Shown piece after piece: positions 54,022-64,000 of a stretch of DNA of 64,000 nucleotides. The notes below the pieces were generated by a model. The model was not told the DNA's origin. It did not search any database and worked only from the letters and a program-made list of their open reading frames with translations. Made by a program: the position numbers and the translations under genes. Within the stretch, counting starts at the first letter, position 1; every line of letters starts with the position of its first letter. The stretch is from contig CM000208.1 of the NCBI GenBank assembly GCA_000002445.1, positions 3,392,001 through 3,456,000 of the forward strand. The letters are read 5' to 3'. Source of the DNA: Trypanosoma brucei (taxonomy: Eukaryota).

Positions 54022-56084
54022 GAGAAGTTATATTCGAAGGAAGAAAAAAAGAGGAAGAAAGAAGCAAAACGACGGAAACCGCAATGCAACGCAGTTCAGC
54101 GATAAGTTACCAATGAGACCTGCGGTACCCGTCACAGCCGACAAAACACTTTTCAGGGTCGTTCAACGTAATTTAAATTTCCCTTTTACTCACAAACGCT
54201 GTCGCTTCTGCACGTTTCTTGACTCCTTCTGAGCGCTTTACGTGCGAGTGAGTAAATGAGCGGGTGCGTCTGGAGTGAGCCGTGGTGACTTCCTTACCGC
54301 CTGGTAGCGTAAGCAATCCAACAGCTTATCCTAAAAGTACTCAAGTATAATCCCACCCACAGGCGACCCAAGCAAGTGGTACATAAACAAATGAAGAGAG
54401 AAAAGGGAGAGATGGATGATGATGATGATAATAGTAATAATGAGACGCAACACCATAATTTTAGCATGATGTAAAGATTACTTCCTTTCCACCAGTCACC
54501 ACATGCTTCACTTGAGTGGGGTATTAGCAGTAAGAGTTTTTCTTTTTGGTTTTGAAAAGAAACCGCGTACCTGAGTCTTTTTAAATAGTTGTGTATGCAT
54601 GCGTGCGTGTTTGTGTTTCTTTTCCTTTTTATTAAATTCCAGAAAACAACCCCTCAGTTTGCCTCCTTTTCCTTCGATAACACAGAGTGTACAGATACCA
54701 CATCTTTTCACTTTTTAAAAAAAAAATCGCGCTTACTAATAACAAAACAGAGTAACAGTGCCTGCAGCGAAATGCTTCCTTACATCAACTTCACACGCAG
54801 CTGCTGCTATCCGTACACCGTCTCCTCTTCACTACCACACACACACACACATAAAGATATAAAACGTGCGGTCGCACAAACAAGAGGCCATGCGATTTGT
54901 ACAAACAAGTGAGTGAGAATGTTTAATTTGTCATTCATGTATCACTTGTACTCATCTCTTCCTCTTCTCAATCCTTTTTTTTCTATTCTCATATCTACTT
55001 TTGCTTATTTCTCCTTCCCTCTTTAACTCATTTTTTTTTATTTCCCCATCATATGCTCCCTTGGCAGTAAACGAAGAAACACCCACTCAATTCATTCACC
55101 TGCTCGCTCATGCTTCAGTGACATTTATTCCCGCAATCACTTATAGACGCCCATTATATTTTTACCGAAAGGGTAAAGAAAGAAGAAACAAAAAATAGGT
55201 TAACTGACAAATCGACAAAACAACAACGACAAGAAGAACAAAGAGAAAAAAAATACAGAGTTCGAAACACAGAAGGCCACCATAAAGGAGGTGGCGCTGC
55301 TGTCATCACTTACCGCCAAATGCATGTACGTAAACAACGTGGGTGTGTGGAGAGAAAAAGCGTTGTTGCGAAAGTTAAATATCCCAGTTTTGCAAATAAT
55401 CTTTAAAGGGAGACTCAACAGCACACGCCCCCCCCAAAAAAAAAATCAAAACAAAAACAAGAATATTGAGTCATGCGTAACTTTTGCTCTCCCTTCCTTC
55501 CCGTCCTCTCATACACATACACACACACATATGTAAATGCATGCGCACATGCTCCAAAACTCAGGTTTTGTGCCCACTTCCGCTTACTCCCTCTCCTTTT
55601 TGTGCACACCTTGCGTCTTTCCATAAGATCACTCTACCATTTCCCTCTTCTCTATCATACCCCGTCACCCTCATATAAGCAGCCATCGTGCTTTCATTCC
55701 GTCCTCCTTTTCAAAAAAAAAACGAAAGAATATACAAGCACCTTCATGCTAATGGAAGCGGTCTCTTTACAGCATTACATTGCCGTAAAAGTGACCTGCG
55801 CAGCATCAAATAAATAAACGGAGTGGAGGAGAGGTGAAATGCTGATTGGAAATGACACAGTCACGAAGACAACATCTGCATGCAAACATAAACACATGCA
55901 CCCACCACCCCTTGAGGAAGCTGCCGCTCTGCCGTGGAACTCACAGCCCTTTCCGCCTACACCCATTCCTTACAGTCCCCATGCGATGAACTATGATGGC
56001 AGCGACAATAGTAGTCATAATAATAATAATAAAGGTAAAGCGAGAAAAAAAACAATGATCAAAGTAGCTTAACTTTCCTTTTTC

Positions 56085-58859
56085 TTAACATGTCTCTTTT
56101 TCCTTCGCACCGAGATCACAGTCGGGGGGCTGCTCAACGTCGATAGGCACAGCCGACTCCGACATACGCCGCCTGAGGGCTTTTATTGTCATATGGAAAC
56201 GCCACTCAAGAAGAAGGCCTACAGCAGCCGCCGCAGCAATCACCCCAGTGAGCACAACATATAGCACCACTGCTAATCCCTTGGAAATGGTGACAAACTG
56301 TGTGTTCCCCGCCGTTGTTGAATTATCATCCCCTGATGGGGACGGAATGGCGGTCTTCAGAACGGTTGACTTGGGAGAAGCCTCAACAGTAAAACGGAAC
56401 CCCTCTGTGAGGAGGAACTCACTGTTGGTGTCGTTTTCCGAAACGCGCAGGACGGCTTTGAAGTGGAACTCCACACGCCCACTGAAACCACGACGAATAA
56501 GGGCCCCCGGAATGAATGAAAAGCTAGGGGATGCCGTCGAAGGAGAGTGCCGCAAGTCAGCGTGCTGATGAGGTGAATCATTGGCAGTGCGACGGTAATG
56601 CAAAAGTGATGCGTACTCACTGCTACTCCGGCACCGCACCCGAGAAGATGAATCTTCTCCATTCACCCACTCCTCCTTTTCTACACGATGATGAGACTCA
56701 CTATCGAGCAGAAACTGCAATGCCCTCCCTTTTTTGGTGGTTCTGTTGCATCGAAAAGTGCCTGAAACAGCTGCCGCGTCGACAGATAAAACAAGACGAT
56801 GCAACGACACCTTCGTCACTTGAAAAGGCACGTCCCCTGTCTTCCGGACATTCAACGAAACGTGAACCCGGTCGTTTGAACCATATGACCGGTTCCCTTC
56901 GGTGGTGCAGCCGTTCCCTTTCTTAGCGCGGCCCCTAATGACGTCCTCAAGCACACTTCTCGCTTCAAGTTGAGCGGCGAGCGGAAGTTGACCACCACGA
57001 CCAAGAGACCACCACTGTAACGGCAACCGACATAACTCCGCATATACTTCAAAGCCAAAACCGCTAATACGTATGCCCTGACGGATGTTGATAAGATCGC
57101 TTCGACCATCCTCAAAAAGGATGCGGAGAACAAATGCATCTTTAGCGGATCCTGAAACAGAGGGCTTCGTGCTTCTGGTAACCACACGACCGGTAGCAGA
57201 AACGTTGAGAACATCATCCCCTGGCTCGCTGTCTTTAGAGTGACGCCTCAACACCCCGACCACTTGGACCCTCTCAAAATGGACTTCGGTCACGCGAGCA
57301 GGTTGGGGGAGCTCCCCGTATCTGCTTTTGTTGTGCATCTCACCGGGGCATGCGGAGTGGTTATGTACAATTGGGACTGTCAGCGACGAGTTAATCATTT
57401 CCACACCAGTAACACGAGGTGCCGCCGCTGTATGAAGGGAAGATTGTGCACCTGAAGCGGCTGTCGAATTTACAGGGGACCGACGACGCAATCGTACAAG
57501 AAAGTTGTACGAGTATAACTGCCTTCCCGTGATGTTGTCGCACGACGAAGTGGACCACACGCCAATTAATGAACTGAGAGTCACATTCGGTGATTTCACG
57601 TCGTGAACTAGCGAGGAACTGCGTTTTGAGGAACCCGGCAAGTGCCTCTTATTACCCATCCTCTTATGTGAAGTCGCCGTCCCCGACTGAATTGAACGGT
57701 GGTTGAGTGCTTGAGGCATTCTCGTAACAGCAGCCGTCGTGCTCTGCAGCTGCAAGCGCAAATTATAAGGTTGATAACCAAATACAACCCCCTTCGATGG
57801 TAAGCTCCAGCTCACGGGTTCAACTACTTGCAAGTACACGGACCCAACAAGAATGTTACCGTCTATCAATGTAAAGAGGGGCTCACCGGTACTACTATTC
57901 CGCATCTGGAGGAGGTAATTGAGAGAAATATCCCCTATCCAAGTCGCATCACAGTCATTTATGTGCAACTTCCAGTGAATGCCTAAACTTCGTTCATAAC
58001 CCCCGGAAATCGCACCGGGTGGTGTAAGCATCGGTGCGTATTTGCACGGATCGAGGCGATAGACATCACAATCTCGGTGATTCCCACCAAACTTATGATA
58101 GTAATTCTCTCCACTCTTGTATGCATCACTCTGCGTATCAAGACGATTGGTGAGTTTTCTATCGTCAAACTTCCATATGGTTGTCGCGGAACCGTCCCTC
58201 CCCTGACGGTCGAGGCAGCTTGTATTGAAAGATGGGTTGGCAGCTGTAGGCACCGACGCGGAGGTGAGAAGTGAGCCACCTTCGAGAGTCTTGTTTGTAA
58301 TGCTTCGAAGTGGTTCGAAGGTAACGAAACGAACTGCCATGTTACCAATTGACGTTACCAAACGCAGCCTTAGCGACTGCCTATCTTTGCTAATTTCAAA
58401 GAGCATATCATCAGATGCCTCACCGTCCCGACTGGGAGCCGCAGGATATTGACTGCTCAGCGTTCTGTTAGCAACACCGAAGATGCGAGTGTGGTGTAAA
58501 GAACCGCGCCTTGTGGCTGAATCGCAAGTGCCACGGCACACAATATTTCCAAGTTTGTACACAGTCGAAACGTTATGCGCAGCCAGCGGCTGCCGTGAGC
58601 GATGTAGAGGCCTCCTCACATTACTTTTGCTAAACCCATGGCAAACGCCACCACCATCCGAGGAATTGAGGTGACAGCTTCTCCCAACGAGCAATGCCTC
58701 CTCTTCGCCTATCGCAGACGAGTAAAGCGCGCATTGCATGAGTACCAGAAACGTCAAGGATATAGGGAAACCTCCAATGATGGACACCAAAGCAGGGGTG
58801 CACCCGCATCCCTTATTGCCGATGTGAAGACACCTAGTGGTGCACATTGTCGTTAGCAA
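56085..58859 (-). CDS. Type I membrane glycoprotein, putative (signal peptide, about 17 N-glycosylation sequons, single C-terminal TM helix plus short cytoplasmic tail)
   Basis: There is an N-terminal hydrophobic leader 'LVSIIGGFPISLTFLVLMQCALYSSA'. Numerous NxS/T sequons are spread over the ectodomain (NSS, NVS, NRT, NKT, NTS, NIT, NST, NHS, NKS, NDT and others) together with multiple Cys residues. The C-terminal TM is 'LAVVLYVVLTGVIAAAAAVGLLL', followed by the basic tail 'EWRFHMTIKALRRRMSE...'. Confidence 0.55.
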   Translation of the reverse strand: MLTTMCTTRCLHIGNKGCGCTPALVSIIGGFPISLTFLVLMQCALYSSAIGEEEALLVGRSCHLNSSDGGGVCHGFSKSNVRRPLHRSRQPLAAHNVSTVYKLGNIVCRGTCDSATRRGSLHHTRIFGVANRTLSSQYPAAPSRDGEASDDMLFEISKDRQSLRLRLVTSIGNMAVRFVTFEPLRSITNKTLEGGSLLTSASVPTAANPSFNTSCLDRQGRDGSATTIWKFDDRKLTNRLDTQSDAYKSGENYYHKFGGNHRDCDVYRLDPCKYAPMLTPPGAISGGYERSLGIHWKLHINDCDATWIGDISLNYLLQMRNSSTGEPLFTLIDGNILVGSVYLQVVEPVSWSLPSKGVVFGYQPYNLRLQLQSTTAAVTRMPQALNHRSIQSGTATSHKRMGNKRHLPGSSKRSSSLVHDVKSPNVTLSSLIGVWSTSSCDNITGRQLYSYNFLVRLRRRSPVNSTAASGAQSSLHTAAAPRVTGVEMINSSLTVPIVHNHSACPGEMHNKSRYGELPQPARVTEVHFERVQVVGVLRRHSKDSEPGDDVLNVSATGRVVTRSTKPSVSGSAKDAFVLRILFEDGRSDLINIRQGIRISGFGFEVYAELCRLPLQWWSLGRGGQLPLAAQLEARSVLEDVIRGRAKKGNGCTTEGNRSYGSNDRVHVSLNVRKTGDVPFQVTKVSLHRLVLSVDAAAVSGTFRCNRTTKKGRALQFLLDSESHHRVEKEEWVNGEDSSSRVRCRSSSEYASLLHYRRTANDSPHQHADLRHSPSTASPSFSFIPGALIRRGFSGRVEFHFKAVLRVSENDTNSEFLLTEGFRFTVEASPKSTVLKTAIPSPSGDDNSTTAGNTQFVTISKGLAVVLYVVLTGVIAAAAAVGLLLEWRFHMTIKALRRRMSESAVPIDVEQPPDCDLGAKEKETC

Positions 58860-59735
58860 TTTTTTTTTTCAAAGAAACCACAAAAACGGTAGCACTAACT
58901 GGGAAATAAATTAGATTAAAGGGAGGAAAAAAGGGAAACGAACGTCTCTGCTCTGCTTCCCCTTTCACCCTGCTGTCGGATATTCCTCGTAAGATTTTCT
59001 TGTCTACTACTATTACTATTGTATTTATTAACGCTCCTCCACACCTTCCACTGCCAACCTCAAGCACCTGATATTTACTTTCCTTTTCTTTCTGTTTTTT
59101 CGTTTACCCGGTTGGCAAAAACCGGAATGCAATTAAAAAAAAACCCAAACACACGTCGGAACGACGGAAACGTGCTCCCTTCTTCCCTTTTTTTCACTAT
59201 AAGCTGAATGCAAGGACAAGCAAAACAACAAGAGAAAAAAAAAGAAACGAAAGGAAGAAGATAAGTGTTATTGACTCATGTTCGCGTTGGCACATTGAGA
59301 AATCCCTATTTGGCCATGTGGGCGCTAAACCACAACACCGAAACACTCAAGCGAAAAGGACGCAAAGCCCTCCAAAGGGAAGATAAAAAGGAAAACAAAA
59401 ACGATGGTAATGATGGTATAAACAAATAAATAGTGCGGTCGATATAACGGAAACACGTATTTTCATCTCTGAAGCCAATTAAAGTGAACGTGCAGGTAAA
59501 TAGCGTTAAAGCGCCCAAACAAACCCCTTGCCACCTGTTTGTCAACGCCGTGCGTGTTTTATCCATCCAACACTGATGCCATCGTGCTTCAACCATCAGA
59601 AAGTAAAATAAGCGCCCAAACACTGCTGTTCAACAGGGGAAAAAATACCTGGGTTGATAATGTCATATCCTACACATACAGACATATAAAAACAAAAAGA
59701 AATAGTCGCATATGTATTCTCTCTCGCGTACTCTC

Positions 59736-60596
59736 TCATGTTCCTATCCCACACTCTCTGAGTCCACTAATAGTCACGGAGAGAGTTAATGACACGTGGC
59801 CAGTTAAGGGCGCAGCAGTCAACACGCAACGATCCTCCCCAGTGCACAGAAACATGGGATCTCGAAGCTCTGGCCGTTGGCCAGTTAGCCACGATATAAA
59901 GGACTGTTTAGTCGTGCTGGGCCTGAGCTGTAGCAACGGAAGCCTCTTCCTGTGCATTCCATTTTGCATAGGTATAAAACAGCGACTATACGACACGCAT
60001 TGCTCACCACTTCTGCTACCACTAGTCTGGTCTTCGGATGCCTTGCTTCTTTGGGGTATGGCACCCTTAACGGTATGCAACGTTACTACCAATTGTGGCC
60101 AACCGTGTGGGTTTGTACTCTGCAACGAACACTCAAAGGGTGCGCTCCACGTGAAGCGCGAAAATGGATCAGCCGACACTACGGACAGTTGCGTCACCAC
60201 CTCACTTTGACACTGTTGACCCAATGACCGAACTAACGGCACTTCTCCAAGTCTTGTGTCTCCTCCGCTAAGTGAATTATGTGTTGTCCAGTCGGGTCCG
60301 TACACCCAATACGTCCGCGCAAAAAGAACGTCGGCCTCGTGGCACTCGGCGCCCTCCAAAACGCCCTGCACGATAATGTCAAAGCCTGCGGAACGTGACG
60401 GAAAAGCCGTAGAGCGTGAAGAAGGAAAAGGATCTAAACGCGGAGGCTGACGAGGATTTGCTCTCAGTTGTTCATAGTGGAGGTTACGGAAGGTTCTTTC
60501 CCCAAGCCCATCGTCACTCTCTTCATCAGTCTCCTTCGGTGGGTATTCAATGTACTGGCGATCGCTGCCAAGTGGTTTATATACACTTTCCTCCAT
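59736..60596 (-). CDS. B9-domain protein (MKS1/B9D1/B9D2 family; ciliary transition-zone module), putative
   Basis: The B9-like core is 'FARTYWVYGPDWTTHNSLSGG...VVTQ...FECSLQSTNPHGWPQLVVTLH...VSYSRCFIPMQNGMHRKRLPLLQLRP...SFISWLTGQRPELRDP'. It parallels the B9 consensus (F.a.Y....W....G...G.TQ ... NP.GWP.L.. V...D..GR....GYG...+P..PG.H.L..P.WRP.GS..E.L...F.GG.PEL.D). The start is set at the internal Met 'MEESVYKPLG' (ATG at 60596..60594) because the upstream 72 ORF codons are low-complexity spacer read-through. Confidence 0.5.
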   Translation of the reverse strand: MEESVYKPLGSDRQYIEYPPKETDEESDDGLGERTFRNLHYEQLRANPRQPPRLDPFPSSRSTAFPSRSAGFDIIVQGVLEGAECHEADVLFARTYWVYGPDWTTHNSLSGGDTRLGEVPLVRSLGQQCQSEVVTQLSVVSADPFSRFTWSAPFECSLQSTNPHGWPQLVVTLHTVKGAIPQRSKASEDQTSGSRSGEQCVSYSRCFIPMQNGMHRKRLPLLQLRPSTTKQSFISWLTGQRPELRDPMFLCTGEDRCVLTAAPLTGHVSLTLSVTISGLRECGIGT

Positions 60597-61498
60597 TTTC
60601 TGATCCGCATACGTGTGTGAGTATGCGTAGACGGGAGAGATAAATAAATAAAAACACGTATGATAAAAAGAGAAAATAAATGGACCAATATCAAAGGAAT
60701 GGCCACTAGTACAAAAAGAAATATCGTTTGTTTTTTTTGTTTGCACATAGAAGGGGGAGGGGTCAAGAAATACGAGTACGAAGCAACGTCTGTGTGTCTC
60801 TCCGGTGCGCACTCTGAAAGTTAAGATGGAAGCACCGTATCTGTTGTGAGGACAACGCGACAGTCTGGAAAAAAAAAAGCCGCGAAGGAGTATTTGAAAG
60901 TTGGGCAGGGCACATATCGCTTATGTTCCGTGAAAACGTTCGGTTGCACCCCCAAAAAAAATATTCTCGAATTCCCACTATGTTCGCCCTGAGCTGCTTT
61001 GCTGAAATCTTACTTTCAACCGCACCAACAGAAAAGGGGGAAAATTCATCTCCCTTACCCTATTGCAGTCACAAGGATAAACCAGAGGGGCAAAAACAGG
61101 GTAAAGCAAAATAATACAATACAATACAATATTAATACGAACTTGTTGCTCCTTCACACTCCTTCCGCACTTAAACAGTAAAAGATTTTTTTAGTTGGAA
61201 AAAAAAGGTGAAGTTGAATAACGATGTGGCAAGTCCTCAAAAGGAAACGGGGAAGGAGGCACAAACAAACAAACAAAATATAAAGAAGAAAGCCCGCCAC
61301 AGGAAAACCTTACACGGTGTAGAAAAAAAAAGGGAAGAAGGAGTACATACAAAACAAATATACACTCGAAAACAAAAACAAAAATGCCATGCAGCACGTT
61401 AGCAACCTAAGTGTGCGCACAAAGTCAAAAAACTCCATTCGCTATCCTGATGCTAACTCCTGGCACCTATATATGGAAATAACAAATAAATAACATTA

Positions 61499-62685
61499 TC
61501 ATCGAAACTTTTGTGACACCAATGCAACAGCCACACAAAAAAATATCAAAGACAGGGCGACAATAGCGAGGAATAACTTGACCCTTCGGCTTTGCCTTCC
61601 CTGAGGTGAAAAACTAAAGTAAGTGAGAAAGGGCTGTAAATACACATCACGCTCCGTAATCACGTCGTCTGTCATTCCTTCGCAACCAAGATCACCTGGG
61701 ACGGGCGGCGGCGGTCTGTTACACACGACCCTGCAGTCCTTCCCACTTACACGTGCGGCAGTCCTCCAATTAGTTTCCCCCAAACATAACTGCACAGCAT
61801 GTGAATCAGCTACAGGAAAGGAATGCAACGACAGTTGAGACCCTTTCCCAACGTCATCAACAACTTCTACTGAAACATTAGTGCACTGCCTAGGAATACC
61901 TAAGGCGGTACAACCCGGATGTTTCTCTGGTGAGTGGCCAGCGGCCTCTCCGTAGCAATCCGCAGATAACGTAGCGGAACAATCAGAACATGAGGTCAAC
62001 TCCTGACACCCTGCACTCACCAAACACTGCTCAAGTCTTCGAAGGCATTCTTCAGTGAGTTGCAGTTCCTCCATGTCAATTCCGTTGAAGTACGTGCGGT
62101 GATATTGCACAAAACGGGAAAGCTCCCGATGGCGTGATCGCGCGACGGCGAGCCAAACGGGTAAAACTTCAGTATAATTTTCTTCCGGCGAAAATGGCGG
62201 TTGCCGCTCGGTGCTCTGCTGTTGGCACTTAATAAAATGCTCCTCGTACCATTCTACAAGGGTGTTGTGCTCCGCTACTAGCTCATGGGCAAATGAAGTA
62301 TGCAGCGGAGCCCAATGATACTCCTCCGAGCAAGCGATAGGAATCCTTGTGTCCATATAGGGAGAAGAAAAATGTGCTTGTTTTGTCAATTTCGATGTCG
62401 TTGAGTTCAGATAGGCTCTCGGTGCACCGCATCCATCACCTGTGGAAGGAAAAGAACGTTCGCGCTCCTTACAAACGGAAGTTGAGGTGTCCACCTGTGC
62501 TGCGCTTTTGTTTCCAGTAACCTCGGATACACCAGCCGCATCACAGAATTCTGTCGCGGCAGGCAACGCACCGCTCACGACAGGTCGCCTGCGTAACCGC
62601 AAGCTTTGTAGCCGCTCAACTTTCCTAGCTTTCAGTTTTCTTCCCAAAACATGTGGGGCGTGCTCATTGTGCGGCTCCGTACTCA

Positions 62686-62686
<1 letters not shown>
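61499..62686 (-). CDS. Hypothetical tail-anchored membrane protein (C-terminal TM helix), Cys-rich
   Basis: A minus-strand ORF has a C-terminal hydrophobic segment 'LFLAIVALSLIFFCVAVALVSQKF' two residues from the stop. The start is assigned to 'MSTEPHNEH' (ATG 62686..62684), because the 13 upstream ORF codons 'MRAHTHTHTHTHR' simply read through a (TG)n microsatellite. Confidence 0.45.

Positions 62687-62688
<2 letters not shown>

Positions 62689-62716
<28 letters not shown>
62689..62716. repeat. (TG)n microsatellite abutting a start codon
   Basis: Read directly: 'tgtgtgtgtgtgtgtgtgtgtgtgtgtg'. It lies 2 nt 5' (sense orientation) of the ATG assigned to the tail-anchored protein gene. Confidence 0.9.
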
Positions 62717-62719
<3 letters not shown>

Positions 62720-63274
62720 CCGCATGACAATTCATACGTCGTTCAAGGAAAGAAAATGCAAAAAAGAGAGAAAAAGAGGGTGGATGGAATAGTTAGCAAG
62801 ATACAGAGGCTAACAACCGTCGATGGTATGAAACCCCGTCATGAAAGCTACCACAAATCATCTGTACACCTACCTTTCATCACCGCTATTTAAATTTGAA
62901 TTGCTGCTTCTTTTTGCTTCTCTTTTTTGTTTTGCATTCTCTCGTTGGAAATCATGTACAGTTCCATAATATTACATACGTGAGGTAAGTGCCGACGTTT
63001 AATGTGCTGGCCAATCCACACTGTGTTAACCATACATGAAAGCATCCCATCACATGCACAAAATTAGTAGGAACATCTAAAACAGTAGGAAGACTGTCGG
63101 CAGGAATGTTGTTGCTTCCACCTTTTAAGGAGGAAAAAAAAAAGACAAAATCCGGCTCAAAACAAAAAAAAAGAAAAAAAAACTTCCACCGTATGTGAAG
63201 CGAAGTTGCAGCAATCCGCCTCACCTTTACTTCACTCACTTAGGTACTTAACGTAACGTAGCAACACAGACCCG

Positions 63275-63982
63275 TCATATCCCACTGGGTTTGCTTCCAC
63301 CTCCTCGTGTAGTACAAACAGCAGGGAGGGGCGGAAGTGGACGACGAAGCATGCGACGAAGTTCGTTCATAAGAATGCGTGCATTCGTACCCGGTGGCTC
63401 AACAACCATTTGCGGGGCCTGGTCCGCTCGAGCTCCTCCACGACGCTTCGGTCGTACGGGCCCCCGCTGCTTCGACTGAGGTGGCGGTTTTGGAGTCTCT
63501 GGTTTTTGCACAGGCTCTTTACGCTCGACATCTTCTTTCAAGGCTTCGGATTGGGCGTCCTCTATTTCAACTTTCTTCCGCCGCTTCGTCCTTTTTCCTT
63601 CCAAAGCTACACCTGTCATGAAAACGGCATCCTGTGGCAGTGCGCCCTCGTCCGAAGAAGTCTCCGTCTCGTCGTCTGTTGTCTCCCTTCTCTTCTCCAC
63701 CTCATGCGGTTGCGGGTCGGCCTCCTTTACGTCATCATCATCATCCGTAGGCACAAGTACTTGAGCCATTTGCCTTTTCTCTTTTTCTCTTGTCGTGCGG
63801 TAGGGCCGTTTGGAGTTTTTATGAGATGAGGTTCCGGCAAGACGATGCACATTCATGTATTCCTCGTGCTTAGGCACGGTGACAAGTCCCGTTCGCGGAT
63901 GCACCATCGAGGATACAACTACATCACCCGACTGCTGTGACCGCTTCTTTCCATAGAATTGCGCTGCAGTTCGTTTTGGCAT
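63275..63982 (-). CDS. Hypothetical basic/acidic (K/R/E/D-rich) protein, possibly nucleolar
   Basis: A 235-aa minus-strand ORF with alternating acidic (DDDDD, E/T-rich) and basic (KRTKRRKK, RPKRRGG) clusters, typical of nucleolar or ribosome-biogenesis factors. No specific family was recognised. The 5' end lies 18 bp from the window edge. Confidence 0.4.
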   Translation of the reverse strand: MPKRTAAQFYGKKRSQQSGDVVVSSMVHPRTGLVTVPKHEEYMNVHRLAGTSSHKNSKRPYRTTREKEKRQMAQVLVPTDDDDDVKEADPQPHEVEKRRETTDDETETSSDEGALPQDAVFMTGVALEGKRTKRRKKVEIEDAQSEALKEDVERKEPVQKPETPKPPPQSKQRGPVRPKRRGGARADQAPQMVVEPPGTNARILMNELRRMLRRPLPPLPAVCTTRGGGSKPSGI

Positions 63983-64000
63983 GACAGTATCGTCGAAAAC

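Noticed and set aside
59539-60210. 223-aa plus-strand ORF
   Set aside because: It is antisense to the B9-domain gene and its 3' flank. It has no recognisable domain and its composition is spacer-like at the 5' end. All supported genes in the window are on the minus strand.
62686-62725. N-terminal 'MRAHTHTHTHTHR' as genuine protein sequence
   Set aside because: It is encoded entirely by a (TG)n microsatellite read in frame. The downstream in-frame Met followed by non-repetitive sequence is the more plausible start.
1-64000. tRNA, rRNA, SL-RNA or retroelement (ingi/RIME/SLACS/VIPER) content
   Set aside because: No T-loop (GGTTCGANTCC) or A/B-box pattern was found by eye. There is no rRNA-like conserved block, no reverse-transcriptase or endonuclease ORF and no long terminal or tandem unit repeats. 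Absence by eye is not proof, and a covariance-model scan is needed.

Overview
This window reads as nuclear chromosomal DNA from a kinetoplastid, most consistent with an African-trypanosome-like Trypanosoma, and not as prokaryotic DNA. The basis is GC-moderate coding blocks with no introns, separated by 0.4-4 kb low-complexity spacers. Those spacers are full of (TA)n and (CA/TG)n microsatellites, homopurine or homopyrimidine tracts and poly-A/T runs. Every credible protein-coding ORF, about 19 in total, lies on the minus strand. That fits a single right-to-left polycistronic transcription unit, so processing signals are poly-pyrimidine tracts on the sense strand rather than promoters or terminators. 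Calls made from motifs visible in the translations: an NIF/FCP1-like phosphatase, a mitochondrial S-adenosylmethionine carrier, an STE-like protein kinase, an SKP1-like protein, a large armadillo-repeat protein, UTP14, U2 snRNP A' (U2-40K), a divergent Hsp70-superfamily protein, FACT subunit POB3/SSRP1, a GRAM-like membrane protein, an LRR-coiled-coil protein, a NEK kinase with a very long tail, a heavily N-glycosylated type I membrane glycoprotein, a B9-domain (ciliary transition-zone) protein and several orphan or low-complexity proteins. No rRNA, tRNA, CRISPR array, retroelement (ingi/RIME/SLACS-like) or prokaryote-type defence locus could be supported by eye. The most noteworthy non-genic observations are a 4.3 kb gene-free low-complexity block at the left end and two unusually complex (non-repetitive, non-coding) spacers at about 19.56-20.6 kb and 34.3-35.2 kb that could host ncRNAs. 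Several ORFs are also artificially 5'-extended through microsatellites. All functional assignments are motif-level inferences from the translations; no database search was possible.
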